A stretch of 64,000 nucleotides of DNA. It comes from an uncultured Candidatus Saccharibacteria bacterium. GTDB taxonomy: Bacteria > Patescibacteriota > Saccharimonadia > Saccharimonadales > Saccharimonadaceae. The DNA lies in NCBI GenBank assembly GCA_964386855.1, contig CAYLUF010000001.1, positions 56,493 through 120,492 of the forward strand. The letters run 5' to 3'. Positions 8,020 to 17,677 of this stretch are shown one piece after another. The number at the start of each line of letters is the position of its first letter. Position 1 is the first letter of the stretch. The notes beneath the pieces are model-generated. The model was given only the letters and a program-made list of their open reading frames with translations, had not been told where the DNA came from and did not search any database. The position numbers and the translations under genes were made by a program.

Positions 8020-10641
8020 ATGGCAGTTTCACGGCAAAAAGCGCTCACTAAAGTTTTTGGTGATCCGCAGAAAAAAATTCTAAAGCGACTCGAGAAAAAA
8101 GTCGCAGATGTGAATGCACTTTCTGATAAGTACAAGAAGATGACAAAGGTCGAGCTTCGTAAGCAGACCGAAGTTCTAAAGAAGCGCCTTGACAAGAAGG
8201 GTGTCACTCTTGATACGATTCTTCCTGATGCGTTTGCGGTTGTCCGTGAGGTAGCTGACCGTGTGCTTGGTATGCGTCACTTTGACGTACAGCTTATTGG
8301 CGGTATGGCACTTCATGAAGGCAACGTTGCTGAGATGAAGACCGGTGAGGGAAAGACGCTTGTTGCAACCGCACCGGTATATCTGAATGCCCTTGAAGGT
8401 AAGGGCGTGCATGTAGTAACAGTAAACGATTACCTTGCACAGCGTGACGCCGGCTGGATGAGTGAAGTCTACACCTTCCTTGGCCTCAGCGTTGGTGTGA
8501 TTGTGAATGAAGCTTCATTTATCTTTGATCCAAAGTACGAAAATGAAAGCATGACCGACCCGCGCATGAAGAAGCTTCGCCCGGCTACTCGCAAGGAAGC
8601 GTATGCGGCGGACATTACTTACGGTACGAACAACGAATTCGGTTTCGATTACCTCCGTGACAACATGGTGAACGAGGTTGAGCTCCTTCGCCAGCGTGAT
8701 CTTCACTTTGCGATTGTGGACGAGGTAGACTCTATCCTTATTGACGAAGCGCGTACACCGCTTATTATTAGTGCGCCTGCTAGTGAAAACCCAGAAAGTT
8801 ACGAGCAGTTCGCTCGTGTTGCCTCAAAGCTGTCTGACAGTGACTACGTTGTTGATGAAAAGCGCAAGATGGTCGCCCTTACAGAAGATGGTGTAGAGCG
8901 TGTACAGAAAATGCTTGGCGTAAAGAACCTTTACAGCCCTGAGTATGTTCGCTCTGTCTACCACCTTGATCAGGCACTTCGTGCGCAAACACTTTTCAAG
9001 CGTGATAAGGACTACGTTGTGACAAATGACGGTGAAGTTGTGATTGTTGACGAATTTACAGGACGCCTTATGCAAGGTCGCCGTTATAATGAAGGTCTCC
9101 ACCAGGCAATCGAAGCAAAAGAAAACGTTGATATCCTCCAAGAGAGCATGACACTTGCAACTGTTTCATTCCAGAACTTCTTCCGTCTCTACAAGAAGCT
9201 CTCGGGTATGACCGGTACGGCATTTACAGAGGCAGAAGAGTTCCAGCAGATCTACAAGTTGGACGTTATTCAGATTCCACCAAACCGCCCAATTGCCCGT
9301 GAAGACCGCGAAGATCTCATCTTCCGCACAGAAAAGGCGAAGCTTAAGGCAATTGCTGACGTTATTAAAGAGCATCATGAGGCGGGGCGCCCTGTACTTG
9401 TGGGTTCAGCGTCTATTGCGAAGAATGAACTCATTGCGCGTCACCTAGAAAAGGAAAAGATTCCGTACGAAATTCTTAACGCTAAGAATAACGAACGTGA
9501 AGCTGCCATTATTGAGAAGGCCGGTGAAAAGGGCGCAGTGACACTCGCGACCAATATTGCTGGTCGTGGTACTGACATTAAGCTCGCAGATGGCGTAAAG
9601 GAACTTGGTGGCCTTGTGGTGATTGGGTCTGAGCGTCATGAGTCGCGCCGTATTGACAACCAGCTTCGTGGACGTGGTGGGCGTCAGGGTGACCCTGGTA
9701 TCACACAGTTCTACGTTTCTACAGAAGATGACCTTATGCGTATCTTCCAGGGTGAGCGTATTGCATCACTGATGAGCCGTATTGGGGTTGACGATGAGAC
9801 ACCTATTCAGCACAAGATGGCATCAAAGACACTTGAAGCAGCGCAGAAGCGTGTTGAAGGATACAACTTTGACAACCGTAAGAATGTCGTTCAGTACGAC
9901 AACGTGATTAACCGTCACCGCCGCGTGGTCTATACAATCCGCCGCAAGATTCTTGAAGGGCAAGATATCCGTAGGGAAATTGAACGCCTTATTGAAGAAA
10001 AGGTCCGTGAGCTCACTGTTGTTCCTGCTAAGAATAACAAGAACTTCGAAGTTGAGTTTACTGAAATGTTCCCACTGAGCGAAAAGAAGATCAAGGCGAT
10101 CGGTGCTGAGAAGCGCGATAAGGTTCGCTACGACCTTGCGATGAAGGAAGTGAAGAAGCTCTACCAGGCAAAGGAAGATGAAGTTGAAGTTGACGTGATG
10201 CGTAAGGTTGAACGTGAAGTGTACCTTCAGGTCCTTGATACGCTTTGGATGCAACACCTTGAGAATATGCAACACCTCCGTGAAGGTATCCACTGGCGCA
10301 GTATTGGTCAGCGCGATCCACTCGTAGAATACCGTGCTGAGTCACAGAAGATTTTTGCAAGCCTTCAGGCAACACTTCGTGAAGAAGTAATCCGCGCAAT
10401 TATGCACGTGACAACACGTGACGCTATTGCTCGCGCTGCTGAAGACCACGAGACTGAGCTTACTCGTCTTGCGGAAAGTGCCGTTGAAAAGGGCGTGAAC
10501 GAAATTACTTCTGGTGAAGCGTCACGTGATGATGATTTCAAGACAAATAAGGCCGATCCAAACGAAGTTCGCCGAAAGAAAAACGCGCAGCGTAAGAAAA
10601 AGAAAACACAGCGCCAGAATAAGAAATCTGGCCGACGGTAG
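8020..10641 (+). CDS. secA: Preprotein translocase ATPase SecA
   Basis: 873 aa. Motifs MKTGEGKTLV, DEVDSILIDEARTPLIIS and TNIAGRGTDIKL. Lys/Arg-rich C-terminal tail without an obvious zinc finger. Confidence 0.97.
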   Translation: MAVSRQKALTKVFGDPQKKILKRLEKKVADVNALSDKYKKMTKVELRKQTEVLKKRLDKKGVTLDTILPDAFAVVREVADRVLGMRHFDVQLIGGMALHEGNVAEMKTGEGKTLVATAPVYLNALEGKGVHVVTVNDYLAQRDAGWMSEVYTFLGLSVGVIVNEASFIFDPKYENESMTDPRMKKLRPATRKEAYAADITYGTNNEFGFDYLRDNMVNEVELLRQRDLHFAIVDEVDSILIDEARTPLIISAPASENPESYEQFARVASKLSDSDYVVDEKRKMVALTEDGVERVQKMLGVKNLYSPEYVRSVYHLDQALRAQTLFKRDKDYVVTNDGEVVIVDEFTGRLMQGRRYNEGLHQAIEAKENVDILQESMTLATVSFQNFFRLYKKLSGMTGTAFTEAEEFQQIYKLDVIQIPPNRPIAREDREDLIFRTEKAKLKAIADVIKEHHEAGRPVLVGSASIAKNELIARHLEKEKIPYEILNAKNNEREAAIIEKAGEKGAVTLATNIAGRGTDIKLADGVKELGGLVVIGSERHESRRIDNQLRGRGGRQGDPGITQFYVSTEDDLMRIFQGERIASLMSRIGVDDETPIQHKMASKTLEAAQKRVEGYNFDNRKNVVQYDNVINRHRRVVYTIRRKILEGQDIRREIERLIEEKVRELTVVPAKNNKNFEVEFTEMFPLSEKKIKAIGAEKRDKVRYDLAMKEVKKLYQAKEDEVEVDVMRKVEREVYLQVLDTLWMQHLENMQHLREGIHWRSIGQRDPLVEYRAESQKIFASLQATLREEVIRAIMHVTTRDAIARAAEDHETELTRLAESAVEKGVNEITSGEASRDDDFKTNKADPNEVRRKKNAQRKKKKTQRQNKKSGRR

Positions 10642-10647
10642 ACCTCG

Positions 10648-11946
10648 ATGAAGCATACAGTTGAAGAGGTGCGGCTGAAAAATGGTGCACGGGGGCTGTT
10701 AATTCATGTCCCTGGTGCTACCGTTATGAGTATGCAGTTCCACTTTAGGGCTGGGAATCGCTATGCAAAAAGCAACGATATCGAGCAGGTGGCGCACATC
10801 ATGGAGCATATGGCGTTTGGTGCCAATGCAAAGTACCGCAGTGAAAAGGCATTTGAAGCTGAATTCACGAAGAACGGGGCATATCATAATGCGTATACCT
10901 CTGATTTTGCCATGGTGTATGAATCCGACTGTGCTGATTTTGAATGGGATAGAATTCTAGAGCTCCAACGGCTCAGTATTTGCCAGCCACGCTTCAATGA
11001 AAAAGAGCTTGAGGCAGAGAAGGGGAATGTCCGCAGTGAGCTGACAAACTACCTTAATGACCATCACCGCCTTCTTTGGCCACGTGTGCAGCAGCTTCTT
11101 GGTGAGGATGTCCTGACATTCCGTCAGAGTATCGCAACTATTAATAATGTGACACTTTCAGATATCCGTGAGCACCACAAGCGTACGCACACCACAAAGA
11201 ACATGCGCTTTGTGATTGCCGGTAAACTCCGTGGGCGAAAGGCTGAAATTATTCGTCAGCTTGAGGCCTTTGATATTCCGGAAGGTGAGCGCCTCGCAAT
11301 TCCACGCGATGAACTCCACAGTGCGCCGCCAGCAGTGATTCGCCGTAAAGACGCTTCAAATATTACCTTTGGCTTAACGTTTACGCTGCCTCGTCAGCTT
11401 GAAGACGCGGAGGTAGATGCGATGAGCGCACTTGGCCACATTCTTACTGGGACGGCAACGTCACGTATTTATGGTAAGGCACGCTCCAAGGGTCTTGCGT
11501 ACTACGTTGGCTCATATAGCGGCGCAAGTTACTATGACAGCGCCTGGGATATTTCAGGGCAGGTAAACCACGAAACGGCACCGCAACTCTTTGATATCAT
11601 TGCGCGTGAACTTAAGGTAGTATTGGACGGAAAGTTAACAGATGCTGAAATTGAAGCGGCGAAGTCCTTTGGGCTTGGTCGTCACCAAATGGGCGCGCAA
11701 ACTGTTTCGCAGATTAGTAATTTCTACACACACCGGTATTTTGCGGATGACACCATTAAGGATTACGATAAAATCCCAGACATGCTTCGCCGCGTAACGC
11801 GTGAGCGGATTCGTGACGTTGCCTGTGAGTTTATTCAGGCAAACACCTGGGCACTTGCGGCAGTGAGTAGCGGTGACCGTGATGAGCTCATTCAGCTGAG
11901 CGAGAAAATTACAGCACTCCTTCCTCAGGAAAGTACGGCGGCCTAA
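10648..11946 (+). CDS. M16 family zinc peptidase (pitrilysin-like)
   Basis: 432 aa with the inverted zinc motif HxxEH in HIMEHMAFG. Confidence 0.85.
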   Translation: MKHTVEEVRLKNGARGLLIHVPGATVMSMQFHFRAGNRYAKSNDIEQVAHIMEHMAFGANAKYRSEKAFEAEFTKNGAYHNAYTSDFAMVYESDCADFEWDRILELQRLSICQPRFNEKELEAEKGNVRSELTNYLNDHHRLLWPRVQQLLGEDVLTFRQSIATINNVTLSDIREHHKRTHTTKNMRFVIAGKLRGRKAEIIRQLEAFDIPEGERLAIPRDELHSAPPAVIRRKDASNITFGLTFTLPRQLEDAEVDAMSALGHILTGTATSRIYGKARSKGLAYYVGSYSGASYYDSAWDISGQVNHETAPQLFDIIARELKVVLDGKLTDAEIEAAKSFGLGRHQMGAQTVSQISNFYTHRYFADDTIKDYDKIPDMLRRVTRERIRDVACEFIQANTWALAAVSSGDRDELIQLSEKITALLPQESTAA

Positions 11947-11949
11947 GTA

Positions 11950-13251
11950 ATGCCCCTGCAGCATACAGTTGAGGAGATTGTCCTGAAGAGTGGCGCCAAA
12001 GGACTCCTCATTGCGACCCCAGGCTCAACATCAGTCCGCTATAGTATTCAGTTTCGCGCTGGTAATGAGTATGTTGCAGATGAAAAGATAAGCCAGACTG
12101 CACACATTATGGAGCACATGGCTTTTGGCCAAAACGCTGAGTTTGATTCAATGGAAGAGTTTAGCCGCGATTTCTCTAAAAACGGCGCCTTCCACAATGC
12201 TTTTACATCGAGTGTTGATATGATCTATACCGCGAGTGCGGCGCTAATGGAATGGGAGCGCATCTTACGCTTGCAACTCCTTGCAATTACGAAGCCAGTT
12301 TTTACAGAGGCCTCATTAAAGGCAGAGAAGGGGAATGTGCGCGAAGAGATTGTTGGCTATGCAAACAATCACGGGCGACTCCTCTGGCAGGAGATGGCGA
12401 ATCGCGCAGGGATTCATCGCTGGCTTGATACGCGCGAGCTTGAGACGATAGACGCCGTGACGCTTGATGACATCATTAACCACCATAAAAAGACACACAC
12501 TGCTGAGAATATGCGGTTTGTTATTGTAGGTGATTTGGGTAATGAGCGCGAGAAAATCACCGCCCTCCTAGAGGGGGCTTTTACTGAGCGTGGCGTACGG
12601 TTGCCTCTTCCTGCTGATGTGGCGAAGGGCGAGATGCTTGTGCCGATCGTCCGCAAGGACCTTCCGAGCGTAACGTTTAGCATTATCTTCTTCCTTAACC
12701 GCACACTGACACGTGAAGAACTTCGGGCGGCCAATGTTTTAACGCATATCATTACGGATACTTTCCATTCGCGCATTTGGGGTGAGGCTCGCACGCGTGG
12801 TATTTGCTACGGAATGGGTTCATGGGTAAGTTCTGAGCCAACGCAGCTTACCGAGTTTGGCCTTGGTGGCCAGGTGAGCCGGGAAAATACTGCGGAGCTC
12901 TTCTCGCTTATTGCAGAGAAGCTTGTAGAAATTGGACGCGAGGGCATTACTGAGGCGGAACTTGCCGCGGCGAAGGAATATCGTATGGGCGGAATGCAGA
13001 TGGGCACCGAGACTACTGGCTCGCTTGCAAACTGGTACGCCACACTTTACTATGACCTTGGTGTTATTGATCATGTCAGTACGATGCCAGACATTATTCA
13101 AGGAACTACTGTTGAGCATATTACAACACTAGCTAGCGAACTTCTCAGGAGTGACGCATGGTCATTTGGTGCTATCGGTGATATAAATAAGCCAGAATTA
13201 CAGCAGCACTATGATGCATTTAAGCAAACAATACACACGCTTCGGGGGTAA
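11950..13251 (+). CDS. M16 family zinc peptidase, tandem paralogue
   Basis: 433 aa. Same N-terminal pattern (HTVEE..LK.GA.GLLI) and the same HIMEHMAFG motif as the upstream gene. Confidence 0.85.
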   Translation: MPLQHTVEEIVLKSGAKGLLIATPGSTSVRYSIQFRAGNEYVADEKISQTAHIMEHMAFGQNAEFDSMEEFSRDFSKNGAFHNAFTSSVDMIYTASAALMEWERILRLQLLAITKPVFTEASLKAEKGNVREEIVGYANNHGRLLWQEMANRAGIHRWLDTRELETIDAVTLDDIINHHKKTHTAENMRFVIVGDLGNEREKITALLEGAFTERGVRLPLPADVAKGEMLVPIVRKDLPSVTFSIIFFLNRTLTREELRAANVLTHIITDTFHSRIWGEARTRGICYGMGSWVSSEPTQLTEFGLGGQVSRENTAELFSLIAEKLVEIGREGITEAELAAAKEYRMGGMQMGTETTGSLANWYATLYYDLGVIDHVSTMPDIIQGTTVEHITTLASELLRSDAWSFGAIGDINKPELQQHYDAFKQTIHTLRG

Positions 13252-13253
13252 GT

Positions 13254-14567
13254 ATGAATATCGCAATTGCAGGCTACGGAGTAGAAGGTAAGACGAGCTA
13301 CGAGTACTGGGCTTCACAGACGGACGTGGAGGGCGGAGCGCCACTTCACCACGTGACAATCGTGAACGAGACACCAGTGGACGATGCGCCAGCCGATGCT
13401 GCGGTTATCACAGGTGACGGTGCCTTCTCTAGGTTAAATGGATTTGATATGGTGGTGCGCACAGCCGGCCTTGCGCCGCACAAAATCACCACTGACGGCA
13501 CAGTGTGGTCAGCGACGAACGAGTTTTTCAAGCAGTGTCCAGCTAAGATTATTGGTGTGACGGGCACGAAAGGAAAGGGAACAACGAGTAGTATCATTGC
13601 CGCAATGCTTGAGCAGACCGGTAAAAAGGTACACCTCTTGGGCAATATTGGTATCCCAGCCCTCAGCCTCCTTCCTGCTATTCAGCCGGAAGACTACGTT
13701 GTCTTTGAGCTTTCAAGCTACCAGTTGTGGGATATCCAGCGCTCGCCTCAGATTGCCGTCGTACTTCTTATTGAGCCAGATCACCTAAACGTCCACACGG
13801 GTATGGATGATTACGTACAGGCAAAGGCGCACATTGCTCAGTTCCAATCAGAAGATGATAGTGTTATTTACCACCCAACAAACAGCTATTCTGCCGGTAT
13901 TGCCGCAGAGAGCCCTGGGCGAAAGGTGAAATATAACACGCCAGAGCAGGGGAGTGTGCATGTTGAGGACGGTCAGTTTGTATTAGATGGCGAAGAGATT
14001 TGCCCGGTTGATGCACTACAGCTGATTGGCCAGCATAATGTTGAGAATGCCTGCGCAGCTATTACTGCAGTAAAGCAGCTTCCTATTACAAATGAGCAGA
14101 TTGCAGCGGGTCTTCAGAACTTCTCTGGACTCCCGCACCGTCTAGAGTTTGTTCGTGAGCTTGATGGCGTAGAGTACTATAATGATAGCTTCTCATCAGC
14201 ACCTTCTGCTACAGTTGCTGCGGTAAGATCTTTCACAAAGCCTGAAATCCTCATCCTTGGGGGTATTGATAAGGGCGCAGACTTTACTGAACTCGCCACA
14301 GCACTCCAAGGCGCAAATAATATAAAAGAAATCTTCATTATTGGCGAGATCCGCAATAAGCTTGCAGGTGTACTCCGCGATAATGGCGTACAGGCCAATA
14401 TGACGCTACTAGACACCCGGACGATGCCAGAGATTGTTGCCACTGCAAAGAGCGCTGCGACTAGTGGTGATGTGATTATTCTCAGCCCAGGCTGCGCGAG
14501 TTTTGACATGTTCCGTGATTTTTACGACCGCGGTGATCAGTTTAGGGAAGTAGTACAGGGGCTCTAG
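13254..14567 (+). CDS. murD: UDP-N-acetylmuramoyl-L-alanine--glutamate ligase (MurD family)
   Basis: 437 aa. Mur ligase P-loop GVTGTKGKGTT, EPDHLNVH and GLPHRLEFV motifs. Confidence 0.9.
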   Translation: MNIAIAGYGVEGKTSYEYWASQTDVEGGAPLHHVTIVNETPVDDAPADAAVITGDGAFSRLNGFDMVVRTAGLAPHKITTDGTVWSATNEFFKQCPAKIIGVTGTKGKGTTSSIIAAMLEQTGKKVHLLGNIGIPALSLLPAIQPEDYVVFELSSYQLWDIQRSPQIAVVLLIEPDHLNVHTGMDDYVQAKAHIAQFQSEDDSVIYHPTNSYSAGIAAESPGRKVKYNTPEQGSVHVEDGQFVLDGEEICPVDALQLIGQHNVENACAAITAVKQLPITNEQIAAGLQNFSGLPHRLEFVRELDGVEYYNDSFSSAPSATVAAVRSFTKPEILILGGIDKGADFTELATALQGANNIKEIFIIGEIRNKLAGVLRDNGVQANMTLLDTRTMPEIVATAKSAATSGDVIILSPGCASFDMFRDFYDRGDQFREVVQGL

Positions 14568-15823
14568 TGGCATTTATCTTTGATACGTATACATTTAATC
14601 CGGCAACTGGCGAAGCTGCATTCAACTATTCTCTTGAAGGCGGACTTACTTTTACGGAGAAGATACGCTTCGCAGTGGACGTGGATTATAATCAACAGGT
14701 CCTTGAGCGTGCTCTGTTCCTTGCGTTCATCCTTATTGGCACCTCGTACTATAAAACGCAGCCAACGCCGGAGGTGCGCTTTCCAAACCACACCATAGAC
14801 GGATGGCAGGCGGAGTTCTTAAACGTAGTCTACCAAGAGGGCTTGAGCCAGTTTGCATTTGAAAATAATCTTACGCGCACAGACCTTGCACACTTCACGG
14901 CGAACGGCGAGGCTCAGTCAGCGCTTACTTATGAAGGGGATGGTATACTCCAGCTCCAGAGCGGCGGCAAGGATTCACTTTTGACGTGGACACTCCTTGA
15001 GCAGAGTAACCCGTCCATGACACCGCTCTATGTCAGTAGCAGCGATACATACCCAGCTATTATCGATACACTGAGCGACTCGCCAGTCATTCTCCGCCGC
15101 ACCATCGACCGTGAGGCGCTTATTGCAGCTAAAAAGCAGGGTGGGCTCAACGGCCACGTCCCAGTGACGTTTATTGTACTGGCAATCAGCCTTGTGCAGG
15201 CGGTGTTGAGTGGCAAGGATACGGTGGTTGCGTCTATTGGGCATGAGGGTGAAGAGCCACATGCGTGGATTGATGACCTTCCAGTAAATCACCAGTGGTC
15301 AAAAACATGGGGTGCCGAGCAGCGATTCGCGCAGTATGTGGAGCGCTACGTTTCACCTGATATCACCGTTGGCTCGCCACTTCGTGCGTATAGTGAGCTG
15401 AAGATTGCAGAACTTTTTGTGCAAAAGGCATGGAGCCGATTTGGACACGCGTTTAGTTCATGTAATGTGGCGAATTACGAGCAAGGCGCGCAAAATACCG
15501 TGCTTCGCTGGTGCGGGAGTTGCCCGAAGTGCGCGAATTCGTATCTGCTTTTTGCCGCATTTGTTGAGCAACAGGAACTTGATGCGCTCTTTGGTGGAGT
15601 AAGTCTTCTTGCAAAACCAGAGTTACAGGAGATCTTCAAAGGACTCCTTGGTATTGATGGCGTCATGAAGCCATTTGAATGTATTGGCGAGGTTGACGAG
15701 CTGCGACTTGCGTACCAGCGTGCGCAGGAGCGTGGCTATCCGGCTCTTTCTTTTGATGTACCGGCGTCTTCGTTTGATATTGATACGCGCTACCCAATGC
15801 AGCCCAAGCTGATGGTACAATAA
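14567..15823 (+). CDS. PP-loop (adenine nucleotide alpha-hydrolase-like) protein; candidate MurL-type UDP-MurNAc-L-Ala-L-Glu epimerase
   Basis: 418 aa. PP-loop SGGKDS in LQLQSGGKDSLLTW and a Cys cluster WCGSCPKCANSY. The GTG start overlaps the murD stop (TAGTG). Confidence 0.45.
   Translation: MAFIFDTYTFNPATGEAAFNYSLEGGLTFTEKIRFAVDVDYNQQVLERALFLAFILIGTSYYKTQPTPEVRFPNHTIDGWQAEFLNVVYQEGLSQFAFENNLTRTDLAHFTANGEAQSALTYEGDGILQLQSGGKDSLLTWTLLEQSNPSMTPLYVSSSDTYPAIIDTLSDSPVILRRTIDREALIAAKKQGGLNGHVPVTFIVLAISLVQAVLSGKDTVVASIGHEGEEPHAWIDDLPVNHQWSKTWGAEQRFAQYVERYVSPDITVGSPLRAYSELKIAELFVQKAWSRFGHAFSSCNVANYEQGAQNTVLRWCGSCPKCANSYLLFAAFVEQQELDALFGGVSLLAKPELQEIFKGLLGIDGVMKPFECIGEVDELRLAYQRAQERGYPALSFDVPASSFDIDTRYPMQPKLMVQ
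15813..15821 (+). promoter_or_regulatory. Extended -10 (TGgTACAAT) for prfB, embedded in the 3' end of the upstream CDS
   Basis: TACAAT at 15816-15821 lies 8 nt before the ATG at 15830. No SD is present. Confidence 0.5.
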
Positions 15824-15829
15824 GTATAT

Positions 15830-16906
15830 ATGCAACCACTCCAGAAACGCCTCACCGACCTTCAGCCGCAGATTACCGCAGCCTACGCAAAACTTTCCAT
15901 AGACGAAAAACAGGAGAAGATCCACGCCTTTGAGGAGCAACTTGCAACCTCTGAAATTTGGCATAATCCACAGTATGCGCAGGACTTGAGTCGTCAGCTT
16001 GCAGCGCTCCGTAAGACAGTTGACCCGTGGGTAACACTGAACGCGCAGGTGACTGACCTTATTGAACTTATGGAGCTTGGTGATGATGAGCTTATTGCTG
16101 AGTTTGACGGGCAGATTACTGCGCTTGAAGGGGAGTACGAGCTTCTTCGAAAAGACCTCTTGTTTGACGGTGAATTTGATGACCATGACGTTATTCTTCG
16201 TCTCAGCGCTGGAGCTGGTGGTACCGATGCGCAGGATTGGACGGAAATGCTGGAGCGCATGTATCTTCGCTGGGCAGAGAAGTCTGATATGACTACGGTA
16301 AACATCGAACGCTCAAGTGGTGATGAAGCGGGGCTTAAGTCTGTAGTAATTGAGGTGAGCGGCCCATTTGCATACGGTAGGCTCCGCTCTGAGCACGGTG
16401 TGCACCGCCTTGTGCGGCTGAGCCCTTTTAATAGCGACAACCTTCGCCAGACGAGCTTTGCGCTTGTAGAGGTCTTGCCAAAAATTGACGCCCCAGACGC
16501 CGTAGTGATAGATGAAAAAGATCTTAAAATTGATGTCTATAGGGCAGGTGGCCATGGTGGCCAGTCTGTGAATACAACAGATTCAGCGGTGCGCATTACG
16601 CACATCCCTACAAGCATCGTCGTGGCAATTCAGAATGAACGCTCGCAGCTCCAAAACAAAGAAACTGCCATGAAACTCCTTCGCTCTAAGCTGGTGCAGC
16701 TTCAGCTAGAGCAGCACGCAAGCTCAATTACGGAGCTCCAGGCGGGAGAGTCGGCCAGCTGGGGTGCACAGATACGAAATTATGTGCTTCACCCGTACAC
16801 GCTTGTTAAGGATACGCGTACAAAGCATGAAACAAATAACGCCCAAGGTGTGCTTGACGGTGACCTTGATGGATTTATGGAAGCGTATCTGGAGCAGGGC
16901 GCATAA
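15830..16906 (+). CDS. prfB: Peptide chain release factor 2
   Basis: 358 aa with the RF2-specific SPF (RLSPFNS) and GGQ (GGHGGQSVNT). It is one continuous ORF with no internal in-frame UGA frameshift site. Confidence 0.93.
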   Translation: MQPLQKRLTDLQPQITAAYAKLSIDEKQEKIHAFEEQLATSEIWHNPQYAQDLSRQLAALRKTVDPWVTLNAQVTDLIELMELGDDELIAEFDGQITALEGEYELLRKDLLFDGEFDDHDVILRLSAGAGGTDAQDWTEMLERMYLRWAEKSDMTTVNIERSSGDEAGLKSVVIEVSGPFAYGRLRSEHGVHRLVRLSPFNSDNLRQTSFALVEVLPKIDAPDAVVIDEKDLKIDVYRAGGHGGQSVNTTDSAVRITHIPTSIVVAIQNERSQLQNKETAMKLLRSKLVQLQLEQHASSITELQAGESASWGAQIRNYVLHPYTLVKDTRTKHETNNAQGVLDGDLDGFMEAYLEQGA

Positions 16907-16942
16907 TCAGGCGACTAGGCCTAGAAATAGCAAAGCCGCTTA

Positions 16943-16951
16943 TGCTACAAT
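16943..16951 (+). promoter_or_regulatory. Extended -10 (TGcTACAAT) for ftsEX
   Basis: TACAAT at 16946-16951 lies 10 nt before the ATG at 16962. Confidence 0.55.
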
Positions 16952-16961
16952 AAGCCTATAA

Positions 16962-17645
16962 ATGATTCTTCTAGATCGCGTTACAAAAAGCTATGGAAAA
17001 GACCTTGCGCCGGCGTTGAACCGCGTGAGTCTCTTTGTTGAGCCACGTGAATTCGTGATTATTGTAGGCTCTTCTGGAGCAGGGAAGTCAACACTTCTTA
17101 AGCTTCTGACCCGCGAAGAAAAGCCAACCACCGGGAAGATTGTTGTGGGCGGTATAGATTACGACACATTAAAAGATTCTCAAATCCCACTCCTGCGTCG
17201 CAAGATTGGCGTTGTCTTCCAGGACTTCAAGCTTCTGCCTCAGCGCACTGTTTTTGAAAACGTTGCCTTTGCGCTAGAAATTGCCGGCATGACAAGCCGT
17301 GAGATTAAAAGCACCGTACCAAAGGTGATTGACCTTGTTGGCCTCACGGGCAAAGAAAAGAACTTCCCACGCCAGCTATCTGGTGGTGAGCGCCAGCGCG
17401 TTGCTATTGCTCGTGCGATTGTCCGTCAGCCGAAGATCCTCATTGCCGATGAGCCAACTGGTAACCTCGACCCTAAGAATACCTGGGATATCGTTCGGCT
17501 TCTAGAGAAGATTAATAAATACGGGACAACCGTTCTTCTGACAACGCACAACGCAGACATTGTAAACAAGCTCAAGCGCCGCGTTATCACAATGGAGGGC
17601 GGAAAAGTAACCAGCGACCAAGCAGAGGGGAGCTACCGCCAGTAA
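16962..17645 (+). CDS. ftsE: Cell division ATP-binding protein FtsE
   Basis: 227 aa. Walker [29 protein letters not shown]. An FtsX-type gene follows directly. Confidence 0.9.
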   Translation: MILLDRVTKSYGKDLAPALNRVSLFVEPREFVIIVGSSGAGKSTLLKLLTREEKPTTGKIVVGGIDYDTLKDSQIPLLRRKIGVVFQDFKLLPQRTVFENVAFALEIAGMTSREIKSTVPKVIDLVGLTGKEKNFPRQLSGGERQRVAIARAIVRQPKILIADEPTGNLDPKNTWDIVRLLEKINKYGTTVLLTTHNADIVNKLKRRVITMEGGKVTSDQAEGSYRQ

Positions 17646-17677
17646 ACACCCCTAGTGTACACGGTAGAAATGAAACT

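Noticed and set aside
15623-16186. 187-aa minus-strand ORF, plus other antisense ORFs inside prfB and the PP-loop gene
   Set aside because: They are antisense to genes with strong motif support (SPF/GGQ) and have no signals of their own.
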